DNA of 64,000 bases from Candidatus Dormiibacterota bacterium (GTDB taxonomy: Bacteria; Chloroflexota; Dormibacteria; Aeolococcales; Aeolococcaceae), in the NCBI GenBank assembly GCA_963800175.1, contig CAWCZS010000002.1, forward strand, positions 2,305,695-2,369,694. The letters run 5' to 3'. Of this stretch, positions 32,311 to 41,558 are shown one piece after another (the stretch's first letter is position 1; every line of letters starts with the position of its first letter). Made by a program: the position numbers and the translations under genes. Under the pieces are notes generated by a model that saw only the letters and a program-made list of their open reading frames with translations, was not told the DNA's origin and made no database searches.

Positions 32311-32603
32311 TGCGCGGATTTCGCCGCGCCCAGCTGCGCGGCAGCGATGAGCTCTTCCGCTCCGCCGAACCCGAACAGCTCGACGCACCACTTTCGCCGG
32401 GTGTCAACGAGGACGCGGTCCATCCCGTCCCCACCGCACCGGCTCCCCACATGCGCTCGGTCCGGCTGACCGACGACGAGCTGCGCCTCCTGTCGGAAGC
32501 GGTGCAGCACCTCAAGTTTCCCGCCAAGCCTCCCGCTCGCCCGTCCGTCGACGACTTCGAGAAGCTGGAGGTGCTCCGCCAGAAACTGCTCGACGCCCTC
32601 TGA
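32307..32603 (+). CDS. small protein translationally coupled to the parA-like gene (unknown function)
   Basis: GTGATG overlaps the ParA stop. 98 aa, basic N-terminus (MMRGFRRAQLRG), Pro-rich linker, helical C-terminus (LTDDELRLLSEAVQHL..EKLEVLRQKLLDAL). GC3-rich codons. Confidence 0.5.
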   Translation: MMRGFRRAQLRGSDELFRSAEPEQLDAPLSPGVNEDAVHPVPTAPAPHMRSVRLTDDELRLLSEAVQHLKFPAKPPARPSVDDFEKLEVLRQKLLDAL

Positions 32604-32609
32604 TGCCAG

Positions 32610-32727
32610 TCGGAGGGGACGGCATCGACCGCGGCAGGCACGGGGTCGGAGGGGACGGCATCGACGGAGTTGGGCACGGGGTCGGACGGAACGGCATCGA
32701 CTGCGGCAGGCACGGGGTCGGAACGCC
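32610..32727. repeat. 36-nt direct tandem repeat, 3.3 copies
   Basis: Units at 32610, 32646 and 32682: TCGGAGGGGACGGCATCGAC-nnnnnnn-GGCACGGGG. A partial fourth unit follows. The array starts 7 nt after the small-ORF stop. Confidence 0.9.
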
Positions 32728-32783
32728 TTCGCCGTTCCGCCCCTCGCTCTCGCCGGGGGGGGTAGCCCCGGCTGCGAGACGGC

Positions 32784-32809
32784 CTGCCGCAGTCGATGCC
32801 GTCCCCTCC
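32784..32809. repeat. inverted copy of the tandem-repeat unit core
   Basis: CTGCCGCAGTCGATGCCGTCCCCTCC is the reverse complement of GGAGGGGACGGCATCGACTGCGGCAG from the array. Two GC hairpins lie in between. Confidence 0.85.
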
Positions 32810-32819
32810 TCCTGACTTC

Positions 32820-33107
32820 GTGGTCATCGGCGCGCTTACCGTCACGATCCAGGTGCCGGACAGCGAATCCCTCAAAGACAAGCGTCAAGTGGTGCGATCG
32901 CTCACGGCGAAATTGCGCAATACGTTCAACGTCGCCGTTGCGGAGGTTGAGGACCAGAACCTCTGGCAGTCCGCTGTCATCGGGATCGCGTGCGTGAGCT
33001 CGGACAGCCGCCACGCCGACGAGATGTGCCAGAAGGTGCTGCGGTTCGTCGACGACCACGGCGAGGCGCTCGTGACCGGCTCCCATTTCGAGTTGATCCA
33101 CGTCTGA
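32820..33107 (+). CDS. DUF503 (YlxP-like) protein
   Basis: VVIGALTVTIQVPDSESLKDKRQVVRSLTAKLRNTFNVAVAEVEDQNLW matches the DUF503 pattern. GTG 32820 preferred over the ORF-track ATG 32796. Confidence 0.75.
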   Translation: MVIGALTVTIQVPDSESLKDKRQVVRSLTAKLRNTFNVAVAEVEDQNLWQSAVIGIACVSSDSRHADEMCQKVLRFVDDHGEALVTGSHFELIHV

Positions 33108-35530
33108 CTTCGAGCCGCTGACGCGGGATCTCATCACCGCCTACCAGGCGACGCTCCCCTTCACGCTCGACGAGTTTCAGCGCGAGGCAATCGAGAAGCT
33201 CGAGCGCTCCCGCGGCGTCCTCGTCAGCGCGCCGACATCGAGCGGCAAGACCGTCGTTGCGGATTACGTGATCTGGCGCCGCCTTGACGCGCCCGCGGCG
33301 CTGCGACGGCCCATCACCGATGCAGCCGACGTCGTGTACACGACCCCACTGAAAGCGCTCAGCAACCAGAAGTATCACGACCTCTGCGCGCGTTTCGGTG
33401 AGCACCGCATCGGCTTGATCACCGGTGAGCACACGCTCAATGACGGTGCGCCGGTGCTGGTGATGACGACGGAGATCCTGCGCAACGTTTTGTACGACGA
33501 GCCGGCTCGCGTGGACCGAGTCGGCGACGTGGTGCTCGACGAGGTTCACTACATCGACGACTACCCGCGCGGCACCGTGTGGGAGGAGTTGATCATCGAG
33601 GCGCCGCACCACATTCGCCTCATCGGGCTCTCGGCGACGATCAGCAACGTCGGCGAAGTGGCCGCGTGGATGTCAGGGTTGCGCGGCACCATCGAGACGG
33701 TCACGCGCACCGAGCGTCCGGTCGCGCTCGAGATGTGGCTCGCCATCGACAACGCGCTGCATCCGCTCTTCGACAAGGCCGGCAACGCGGCGCGTGGAAC
33801 GCTCGAGCTGGCGCAGGCCGACGCGGTGCAGCAGCCGCGTTTTCGCGAAGCGCGGCGTGCGCCCGATAACGACATGCTCCAGGTGGTGGACGTGCTCCAT
33901 CGCCGCTCGATGCTGCCCGCCATCTACTTCATCTTCTCGCGTCGCGGATGTCGCGAGGCGCTGCAACGGTGTGGCGTCCACGGCGTCGACCTCACCAACG
34001 ATGACGAGAAGGAGCGCATCAACATCGCGATCACGGAACGCATGGCCGCGTTGAGCGACGAGGACGAGCGGCAGTGCGTGCTGCTTGAACTCGACCGGCG
34101 GCTGCTGCGCCGTGGACTCGCGATGCACCACGCCGGGTTGCTCCCCTATGCGAAAGAGACGGTGGAACGACTTTTCCAGGAGGGGTTGATCAAGGTCGTG
34201 TTTGCGACGGAGACGCTGTCGCTCGGGCTCAACATGCCCGCTCGTTCCTGCGTGATCTCGACGTTCACGAAGTTCGACGGCGTGAGCTTCGCGTCACTGA
34301 CCAGCGGGGAGTTGACGCAGCTCATGGGTCGTGCCGGCCGGCGCGGCATCGACACGGTCGGTCACGGCGTGATCCTCAAGGAAAGTGACGTCGACCTGCG
34401 CGACATCTACGACGCAGCGATCTCCGGAGAGTTCGCCGTCGACTTCGAAGTTCTCGCCGACGTACACGATGGTTCTGAATCTCTTGCGCACGCGATCCGC
34501 CGAGGCCGCCGAGGAGTTGCTCGACAGCTCATTCGGCCAGTACCAGGCAGTCGAACGGTCCGCGCGCTGGGAGCATCGCAAGGCGAATCTCGACTCCGAG
34601 TTGCACGACTTGCGACTTCGCCGTTTCCAGCATCCCCGCGTGCCATGCACCGAGCGCACCCTCACATCGTTTTTGACCACCACGACACAACTAGGCGAAG
34701 CCCAACTCGCATTGCGAAGGGTGCGCCGCGGCCACTGGACCGACGCGCGTCGCGGCAGGTACGGCAAAGCAGGATCCGATCCCGGGCAGCGCTTCGAAGC
34801 CTTGCGCCGCACGACCAAAACGCTGCAGGACAAGTTGAACGACTCGCCGTGTCGCAACTGCCCGTACTTCGGCGAGCATCGCGCGCACCACTATCGGATT
34901 GCCGATATCGAGACGACGCTCGCCGGGGCCGAGGAGGAGCTCGAGCGCGCGCAACATCGTTTTCGCAGCGAGTTCCGCGCCCATCGCGCAGTGTTGCGCG
35001 CTGCGGGCTTCCTCGACGGCGACGAACCGACAGATCTCGGGCGGCTCGCCGGATCGCTCTATGGCGAGAGCTCGCTGCTCGTGGCGGACGCCATCGCGTC
35101 CGGGTTGCTCGACGGGCTGAAGCCGGAGGAACTGGCGGCGACGCTGGTCAGCCTGGTATCGGAGGATCGCGGCCGGGAACGCCCCCAGCCATCGCGACGG
35201 CACTTTCCCACGCCGCGCATCGAGGAGCGCCATCGCCGCCTGCGAACCGCGATGCGCCGGTTCGTGGAACTCGAACGCGAGCACGGCCTCGAGACGATGC
35301 CGCCACTGTCGCTCGAGCAGATCCGTCCCGCATACGAGTGGGCCTCCGGAGTGCCGCTGGCCGACATCGAACCCCCGCCCGGGGCGGATACGGGCGATGT
35401 CGTCAAGGCGGTGAAGAGCCTCTACTCCCTGCTCCGCCAGATGGAGCAGGCGCTCCGCAACCACCCGCTCCACCCCGTCGTGGCGCTTGCGCGCGAGCGC
35501 GTGGAACGAGATCTGATCCGGCGCATCTGA
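33106..35530 (+). pseudogene. Ski2/HelY-like DEAD/DEAH-box helicase, frame break ~34435; no canonical start upstream of Walker A
   Basis: FTLDEFQREAI..APTSSGKT (33106-33267 frame, before the first GTG/ATG). DEVHY, SATISN, HHAGLLP. The C-half (KFSPTYTMVLNLL..) is in ORF 34385..35530. Confidence 0.82.
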
Positions 35531-35645
35531 CCGTTCTGCGTCACGGGTCGTGCGACGGTGTTGCATTGCTGCGCGGCGTGCATGCTAGGATTCGCGCACT
35601 GTGCTGACACCAAGAGTTGTGCTCGCAACCATGATCATGCCCCGC

Positions 35646-35720
35646 GGAGGTTTCCGAACGTAGGGGCACGCGCGCCCACGTTGGGAGACCTCCCGGACCA
35701 CAAGCCCGGGAGGTTTTTTT
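35646..35720 (+). promoter_or_regulatory. thrC leader: alternative antiterminator / terminator hairpins; the terminator sequesters the SD
   Basis: Hairpin 1 is 35646-35661/35678-35693 (16 bp, one bulge). Hairpin 2 is ACCTCCCGG (35688-96) / CCGGGAGGT (35706-14), followed by T7 and ATG 35721. The two share ACCTCC. GGGAGG is the only SD. Confidence 0.6.
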
Positions 35721-37013
35721 ATGTCCACCATTTCCCTGCTCGAACGCTACGGACGGGCGCCGTCAGGCGCGCACGTCACCTGTCTTGTGTGTCGCGCCTG
35801 TGGTCACGAAACCCCGGTCGAGGCGACCAACATCTGCGATCGCTGCTTCGGTCCGCTCGAGGTGCGCTACGACTACGAGGAGATTGCGCGCCGCATCTCC
35901 CACGAGAGCATCGCCGCCGGACCGCCGAGCATCTGGCGGTACCGCGATCTTCTGCCGGTCGATCTCGACGCCACCGAGCCGATCACGCTCGGTGAGGGCT
36001 TCACGCCGCTCATCCACGCGCGCAACCTCGGCGCGGAACTCGGTCTGCGCAACCTCTACCTGAAGAACGACACGCAGAATCCGACGGGCTCGTTCAAGGA
36101 TCGCGTCGTCAGCGTCGCGGCGACATGGGCACGCGAGCACGGCCTCACCACGATCGCGTGCGCCAGCACCGGCAACCTCGCCAACTCGGTCGCCGCGTAT
36201 GCGGCACATGCGGGATTGCGCGCGGTGGTCGTGGTGCCGAGCGATCTCGAGCCCGCGAAGATGATCGGCACCTCGATCTTCCGGCCGACGATCATCGCCG
36301 TCGACGGCAGCTACGACGACGTCAACCGTCTCTGTACCGAGCTCGCCGACTGCGTCGACTGGGGGTTCTGCAACCTCAATCTCCGCGCGTACTACAGCGA
36401 GGGCAGCAAGACCCTGACCTTCGAGACCGCGGAGCAACTCGGCTGGCGCCTTCCCGACGAGATCGTCGTCCCGGTCGCATCCGGCTGCCAGTTCGTCAAG
36501 CACCGCAAGGCTGCCGGCGAGCTGATCGACCTCGGGCTCGTCCCGACCGGATCTCGCCTCCCCCGCCTGACAGGCGCTCAAGCGCTGGGCTGCTCGCCCG
36601 TCGCCAGCGCCTTCGCCGGCGGCGAGACGACCGTCGTCCCGGTGCGGCCGGCCACCATCGCCCGCTCGATCGCGATCGGCAACCCATCCGACGGCGCCGA
36701 CGTGCTGCGCATCGCGCGCGAGACCGGCGGTGTGGTGGCGAGCGTCACCGAGGAGGAACTGGTCGAAGGGATCGAGTTGCTCGCTGCCAGCGAGGGCATC
36801 TTCGCCGAGACGGCAGGCGGGGTCACCGTCGCCGTGCTCCGCAAGCTCGCCCGCGCGGGCCGCTGGCAGGGTGACGAGACCGTGGTCGCCTACATCACCG
36901 GTGCCGGGCTGAAGACGGCCGACTGCGTTGCGTCGAGGGCCCCTGAGCTCGTCCCCGTCGGCGCGTCCCTCCGAGCTGTCCGGGAGCGCTACGCCGGTCT
37001 GATCTCAGACTAG
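35721..37013 (+). CDS. thrC: threonine synthase
   Basis: N-terminal zinc-ribbon-like CLVCRACGH..CDRCFG. PLP-Lys motif NPTGSFKDRV. ASTGNLANSVAAY. 430 aa. Confidence 0.92.
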   Translation: MSTISLLERYGRAPSGAHVTCLVCRACGHETPVEATNICDRCFGPLEVRYDYEEIARRISHESIAAGPPSIWRYRDLLPVDLDATEPITLGEGFTPLIHARNLGAELGLRNLYLKNDTQNPTGSFKDRVVSVAATWAREHGLTTIACASTGNLANSVAAYAAHAGLRAVVVVPSDLEPAKMIGTSIFRPTIIAVDGSYDDVNRLCTELADCVDWGFCNLNLRAYYSEGSKTLTFETAEQLGWRLPDEIVVPVASGCQFVKHRKAAGELIDLGLVPTGSRLPRLTGAQALGCSPVASAFAGGETTVVPVRPATIARSIAIGNPSDGADVLRIARETGGVVASVTEEELVEGIELLAASEGIFAETAGGVTVAVLRKLARAGRWQGDETVVAYITGAGLKTADCVASRAPELVPVGASLRAVRERYAGLISD

Positions 37014-37064
37014 CTCGCCATCCGCCGCCTTGTCCGCGCCTTTCTCGGGCACGCAACGTAGCTT

Positions 37065-37085
37065 GCCCCGGCGATCCGCCGGGGC
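37065..37085 (+). terminator. GC hairpin after thrC (candidate terminator, weak U-tract)
   Basis: GCCCCGGCG-ATC-CGCCGGGGC forms a perfect 9-bp stem 50 nt after the thrC stop. Only GGTTT downstream. Confidence 0.3.
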
Positions 37086-37123
37086 ACTGAGCGTCGGTTT
37101 CCCCCGCCTTCTGCCGTGGCATA

Positions 37124-38044
37124 GTGAAGGCGATGTATCACCAGATTGCCCGCAACAAGCGCAAGAGCGTGTTCGTGATCGCCGGCTTCTTCATCATCTG
37201 GGCAGCGATCGGTTACTTGATCGGCTTCATCGCCGGTGGCGTCGGCGGTGGCGTCGCGGGGATCATCATCGCCGCGATCGCGGCGCTGCTCGTCGTGCTC
37301 TGGTCGGTGACTCTCGGTGCGCAGTCGGTCCTCGCCCTCTCGGGAGCGCAACCGGTCACCCAGCAGCAGGCACCGGTCCTGTATGACATCGTGTCCACGC
37401 TCGCGATCGGCGCGGGGTTGCCGATGCCGAAGGTCTACATCATCAACGACCCGTCGCCGAACGCCTTCGCAACGGGCACCAGCCCGAGCAAAGCGGCGAT
37501 CACGTGCACGACCGGACTGCTCGCGATCATGAATCGCGAGGAGCTGGAAGGTGTGGTCGGACACGAGATGAGCCACATCCGCAATTACGACGTGCGCCTC
37601 GTGCTCATCGTGGCGACGTCGATCGCCCTGGTGGGGCTCATCGCCAGCCTCCTGTGGCGCTCGCTGTTCTTCACCCGCGGTGGCAACAGCCGCGACGGCG
37701 GTTACCTGATCATCGTGCTCATCGCCGCGGCGGCGCTGCTGTCAGTGGTTGCGGTGATCGTCGGGCCGCTGATGCAGTTCTCGCTGTCACGCTCACGCGA
37801 GTCACTCGCCGATGCGAGCAGTGTCGAGCTCACACGCAACCCCGCCGGTCTGCTGCACGCGCTGCAGAAGCTGCAGCAGAACGACAAGCCGTTCTCGAAG
37901 ATGACCCATGCCACTGCCGCGATGTGCATCGACGACCCGTTGCAGCATCACGGTGGTTTCACCCATCACCTGTTCGACACGCATCCTCCCATCGAGGAGC
38001 GCATCGCCACCCTCCAGGCGATGCTGGCCGTCAAGCAGACGTAG
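37124..38044 (+). CDS. htpX: HtpX-like M48 zinc metalloprotease
   Basis: HEMSHIRNYD (HExxH), 4 TM segments, C-terminal FDTHPPIEERI. The start could be ATG 37133 (CATAGT hexamer 7 nt upstream). Confidence 0.9.
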   Translation: MKAMYHQIARNKRKSVFVIAGFFIIWAAIGYLIGFIAGGVGGGVAGIIIAAIAALLVVLWSVTLGAQSVLALSGAQPVTQQQAPVLYDIVSTLAIGAGLPMPKVYIINDPSPNAFATGTSPSKAAITCTTGLLAIMNREELEGVVGHEMSHIRNYDVRLVLIVATSIALVGLIASLLWRSLFFTRGGNSRDGGYLIIVLIAAAALLSVVAVIVGPLMQFSLSRSRESLADASSVELTRNPAGLLHALQKLQQNDKPFSKMTHATAAMCIDDPLQHHGGFTHHLFDTHPPIEERIATLQAMLAVKQT

Positions 38045-38055
38045 AACGCCGGGAT

Positions 38056-39174
38056 TCACGCAGGCGGCCCTGCGCTGAGGACCGCGACGGCGGTGTGCTG
38101 GGCGCCGGACGCGTCGCGCCAGATGACTGTGACGTTGTCGCCAGGCCGTCGGTCCTGCATGACGAAATTGAAATCGGCCATCGACGGGACTGGAATACCG
38201 CCGACGGTGGTGATCACATCACCGGCAATCAACCCGGCCGTCGCCGCGGCATCGCCAGGAGTCACCGATGTGACCACACAGCCTGCGCCACCAGTCTTTG
38301 TGGCTACCGACACGCCGAGGATGCCGCGATGGCCCGACTCGATGTACGGCGACGCCGTGCCGGATTCGATCTCGTGCGCAATCGTGATCGCGCGCGTGAT
38401 CGGGATCGCGCATCCCCAGTTCGAGGCCGCACCACTCGCGTTGGTCAGTGCGCCGGCAGTGTCCATGCCGATGACCTTGCCGCTCGCTTCGAGCAGCGGA
38501 CCACCGGAGTTGCCGGGCCGTATCGGGGCGTTGAAGCAGACGACACCGTCGAGCGTCTCCACGATCGTGGCGTCCTCGTCCTCGACGGAGATGGTCTCGT
38601 CAAGGGAGGTGACGGCCCCCGTGGCGGAAAGCGGCGCACCGTCGAGGCCGCCCGCGTTTCCGCGCCCGGTGACCGGATCGCCGACTGCGAGTGAGCCGGA
38701 CAGATCGAACGGCGTGACCGGGAGACCCACAGCACCTTCAAGCTGAATGACCGCGACGTCCTCGGTCGGATCGACGCCGACCACAACCGCTGGGTAGATC
38801 GGCCCGCGGCCGGCGAGCTGGCCCGTCAATGCGGACGTGTTGGCGACCACGTGGTTGTTCGTCAGCACCAGGCCGGTCGACGTCAGCACCATCCCCGTCC
38901 CGGCGATGAAACCGTTCGGGATCACGCCGTTGATATTCACGATTGCCTGGTCGGAGAATGGTTTCGCGACGGTCTGTTTTGGTGCTGCCCCATGCACGCC
39001 GCTTAGCAACGCCCATCCGACTGCGAGCACCGGGATCATCACCGCGGCCACGACCATTCCGATCACGTACGGGCGGTTTGGGTCCCGATTCGACTCTGAT
39101 GGCGGTGGTGGCGGTGGCGGCGGATCCGGCCACAGCGGTGGCGGCAGTGGCGGCGCGATGGTCGGCGTCGACAC
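38056..39174 (-). CDS. membrane-anchored HtrA/DegP-like serine protease with PDZ domain
   Basis: Pro-rich N-terminus plus TM. Catalytic triad context TNNHVV / D(VAVIQL) / GNSGGPLL. C-terminal PDZ (VTSVTPGDAAATAGLIAGDVITTVGG). Confidence 0.88.
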   Translation of the reverse strand: MSTPTIAPPLPPPLWPDPPPPPPPPSESNRDPNRPYVIGMVVAAVMIPVLAVGWALLSGVHGAAPKQTVAKPFSDQAIVNINGVIPNGFIAGTGMVLTSTGLVLTNNHVVANTSALTGQLAGRGPIYPAVVVGVDPTEDVAVIQLEGAVGLPVTPFDLSGSLAVGDPVTGRGNAGGLDGAPLSATGAVTSLDETISVEDEDATIVETLDGVVCFNAPIRPGNSGGPLLEASGKVIGMDTAGALTNASGAASNWGCAIPITRAITIAHEIESGTASPYIESGHRGILGVSVATKTGGAGCVVTSVTPGDAAATAGLIAGDVITTVGGIPVPSMADFNFVMQDRRPGDNVTVIWRDASGAQHTAVAVLSAGPPA

Positions 39175-39176
39175 GC

Positions 39177-41226
39177 TCAGGAGGTCGGTGGGACGACGAC
39201 CGGCGCGGGCACGATGACGTCGGTGGCGTTGGGCGACACACCGAGCGTCACGCTCACCTTCCAGCTTGCGACGGTGATGACGAACAGCTTCTGCTGGCTG
39301 GTGTCGAGCACGTACGCGTGGGTGTTGTCCGGCGACAGGACCACCTCATCGGGTCGCGTGCCCACGGCGAGCGACTTCGTTGTCGCGAGCGTTGTGGGGT
39401 TGATCAGCAGCAGCGCCGCGCCGGAGTTGTCCAGCGCGAGAATCGTGCTGCCATCAGTGGTTTCGACGACGTCGACCAGGTTTGCCGTCTCGGTGACGCT
39501 CTTCGTGACTGTGTTCGTTGTGGTGTCGATGTTCTGCAATCCGCCGCTGCCCACCACGAGCAGGTTCGCGCCCGTCTGCGGCATGACCAGGAAGCGGATG
39601 CTCTGCACACCGATCGGGGCTTCCAGCGTGTCGTCCGGCAGCTTGATCGGGACGATCGCGGACACATCGCCGCACGCGACATAGAGCTGCGTGTCGTCGG
39701 GCGTCACGACGAGATCCGTCGGCCCGCAGGGAAGGGGGATCACGCCTTTGACCCGCCAGTTGGGAATGTCGACGACCACGATCGCGTTGTTCTGGTAGTC
39801 GGCGATGTACGCCATGTCGCCGGCCGGAGACAGAAGTCAGATCGCTCGGGCTCGGGCCGACGCTGAGCGGCGCGCTGCGCTTCGATGTGGTGGTGTTGAT
39901 CGACGTCAGCGCGCCGGCGTGGACTCCGTCGCCGTAGCTCAGCACGAGGAGCGAAGACCCGTCAGGAGTGAGCTTGAGCTCGGACGGAGACTCGAACACC
40001 TTGATCGGAGCACCGGCACTCTGTCCCGCTGCGTCGATGCGCTGCACCGTGCCCGTGACCGCGTTGGCGACCCAGCTCGTCTCGGAGCCGGTGCCGATCA
40101 TCAGCTCGGGGCCGTTGCCGACGTGAATCGAGCGGCCGAGCGGACCGGTTGTGCCATCGAGAAAATTGACGCTGCCGTTCGAGCTCGGATACAGGACCCA
40201 CGCGACACCTGCCGCAGCCGGGAGCGCGAGATCGCCGGGAGCGTTCTGGAGGGTCACCGCCGTCCCCACCTTGTCGGTGAGCAGGTCGACAGGCACCAGC
40301 TCGTCGTCCGGTGCTGAGGCGACCCATGCGGTGGTACCGGTCGCGTCGATGTCGAGCCCGGTCGGGGTCGCCCCCACCGCCACGGTCGCCGTCAACGCAT
40401 GCGTCGTGAGATTGACGATCGACACCGTGCTGCTCGACACGTTCCCGATCACGGCGGTCTCACCGTTGGGTGTGAGCGCCCAGCTCTCGGGCGCGACGCC
40501 GAGCTTGATCGGGGTTCCCGAAGCATGGGTTGCCACGTCAACGGGGATGAGCTCGCCCGGTTTGCTGTTCGCCCCCTGCTCGATGACCCAGGCAATGGTG
40601 CCGTCCTTGCTGAAGAAGGCGTACGCCGCGGGCTCAGAGCCGACCGCCACGGGCGAGCCTGTCCCGGTCGCGGGGTTGTAGAAGTAGATGAGGCCCGGCT
40701 GCCCGGGGCTCGTGTCGACACCGACGATGGCTCCGGACGTCGTCGGCGACGGCACGTAGAAGTCGACGCCCTGCGTGAGGGTCTGCGCCGGCTCCGCGGT
40801 GTCCGTGGCCGTGTTGATGGGGATCACGGTTCCCCCGAGGTTGTCGGTGACGTAGAGCGTCGACCCGTCGGCTGAAATCTCCTCGTCGACTGGGAGCTTG
40901 CCGACCGGGATTGCCGCCCCGACCTTCCCGGTCACGAGATTCACCGGGACGACGTCGCCGTGCGAGGTGTCGAGCAGGAACGCCTTGGCTCGATCCGGCG
41001 TCGAGATGATCGCTTCAGGCGATCCCGGGATCTTCATGGTCCTGTTGGTCCCGTCGCCGGCGAGCGACTCGAGCGCGAGCAGTGCCGGACCCGAATGCAC
41101 CACGGCGACGGTCGACGGGAGTGGCGAGCTGAGCGGGACGGCCGCCTGGCTTCCCCGGCTCAGGAAGTAGATGCCGCCGCCCGCGAGGAGCACGACGAGC
41201 ACCGCTGCGACGAGGATCGCCATCAT
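39177..41226 (-). pseudogene. membrane-anchored YVTN-type beta-propeller repeat protein, frame break ~39835
   Basis: N-terminal TM (MMAILVAAVLVVLLAGGG). More than 12 repeats of the G..YVTD/AWVA..G.V.PI(D/N) type. Continues from ORF 39454..41226 into ORF 39177..39815 (..SPAGDMAYIADYQNNAIVVVD). Confidence 0.75.
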
Positions 41227-41476
41227 GGGGCTCCGTTGCCTGCGGTGCCGACCTGGAACGGCGCGACCCCGGGCGGGAGCAGCGGCGGCGGCTCGGGGAC
41301 GGGGCCGAATGCAAGCGGATTCGGTGGCGCGTCCAGAGGAGGCGGGGTGGCGATGGTGCCGGCGCCGGAGCGGGTGCCGCGTCCCAGTCGGGCACGACGG
41401 AATCGCGAACCCGTATCTGCCATCCGGCGCTGGGATCGTAATCGGGCTTCCCGGGGGCCTGACCTTCGTCCGCCAT
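41223..41476 (-). CDS. possible small proline-rich protein (two frames; very uncertain)
   Basis: MADEGQAPGKPDYDPSAGWQIRV.. (frame of ORF 41015..41476) appears to continue as ..PPPLDAPPNPLAFGPVPEPPPLLPPGVAPFQ (ORF 41223..41423). Its TGA overlaps the ATGATG of the propeller gene. Confidence 0.25.
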
Positions 41477-41558
41477 GGTGCCCGACGCTAACCGAGGCCC
41501 GAAGCCGCCGATCAGCGATATTCAGATCGTTGCAGCCTCGTGTCGAGGCGGCTCGACC

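Noticed and set aside
32610-32727. The 36-nt tandem repeats as a CRISPR array.
   Set aside because: The units are directly adjacent with no unique spacers. There are only ~3.3 copies, no cas genes nearby, and the variable 7 nt inside each unit is far too short to be a spacer.
35531-35720. The thrC leader as a T-box, SAM-I/IV, lysine or glycine riboswitch, or a classic Thr/Ile-rich leader-peptide attenuator.
   Set aside because: There is no T-box sequence (AANNNGGGTGGTACCGCG-like), no SAM/Lys/Gly core motifs and no run of Thr/Ile codons. The only upstream mini-ORF (MIMPRGGFRT) has one Thr and one Ile. The two-hairpin switch is real, but the sensor is left unassigned.
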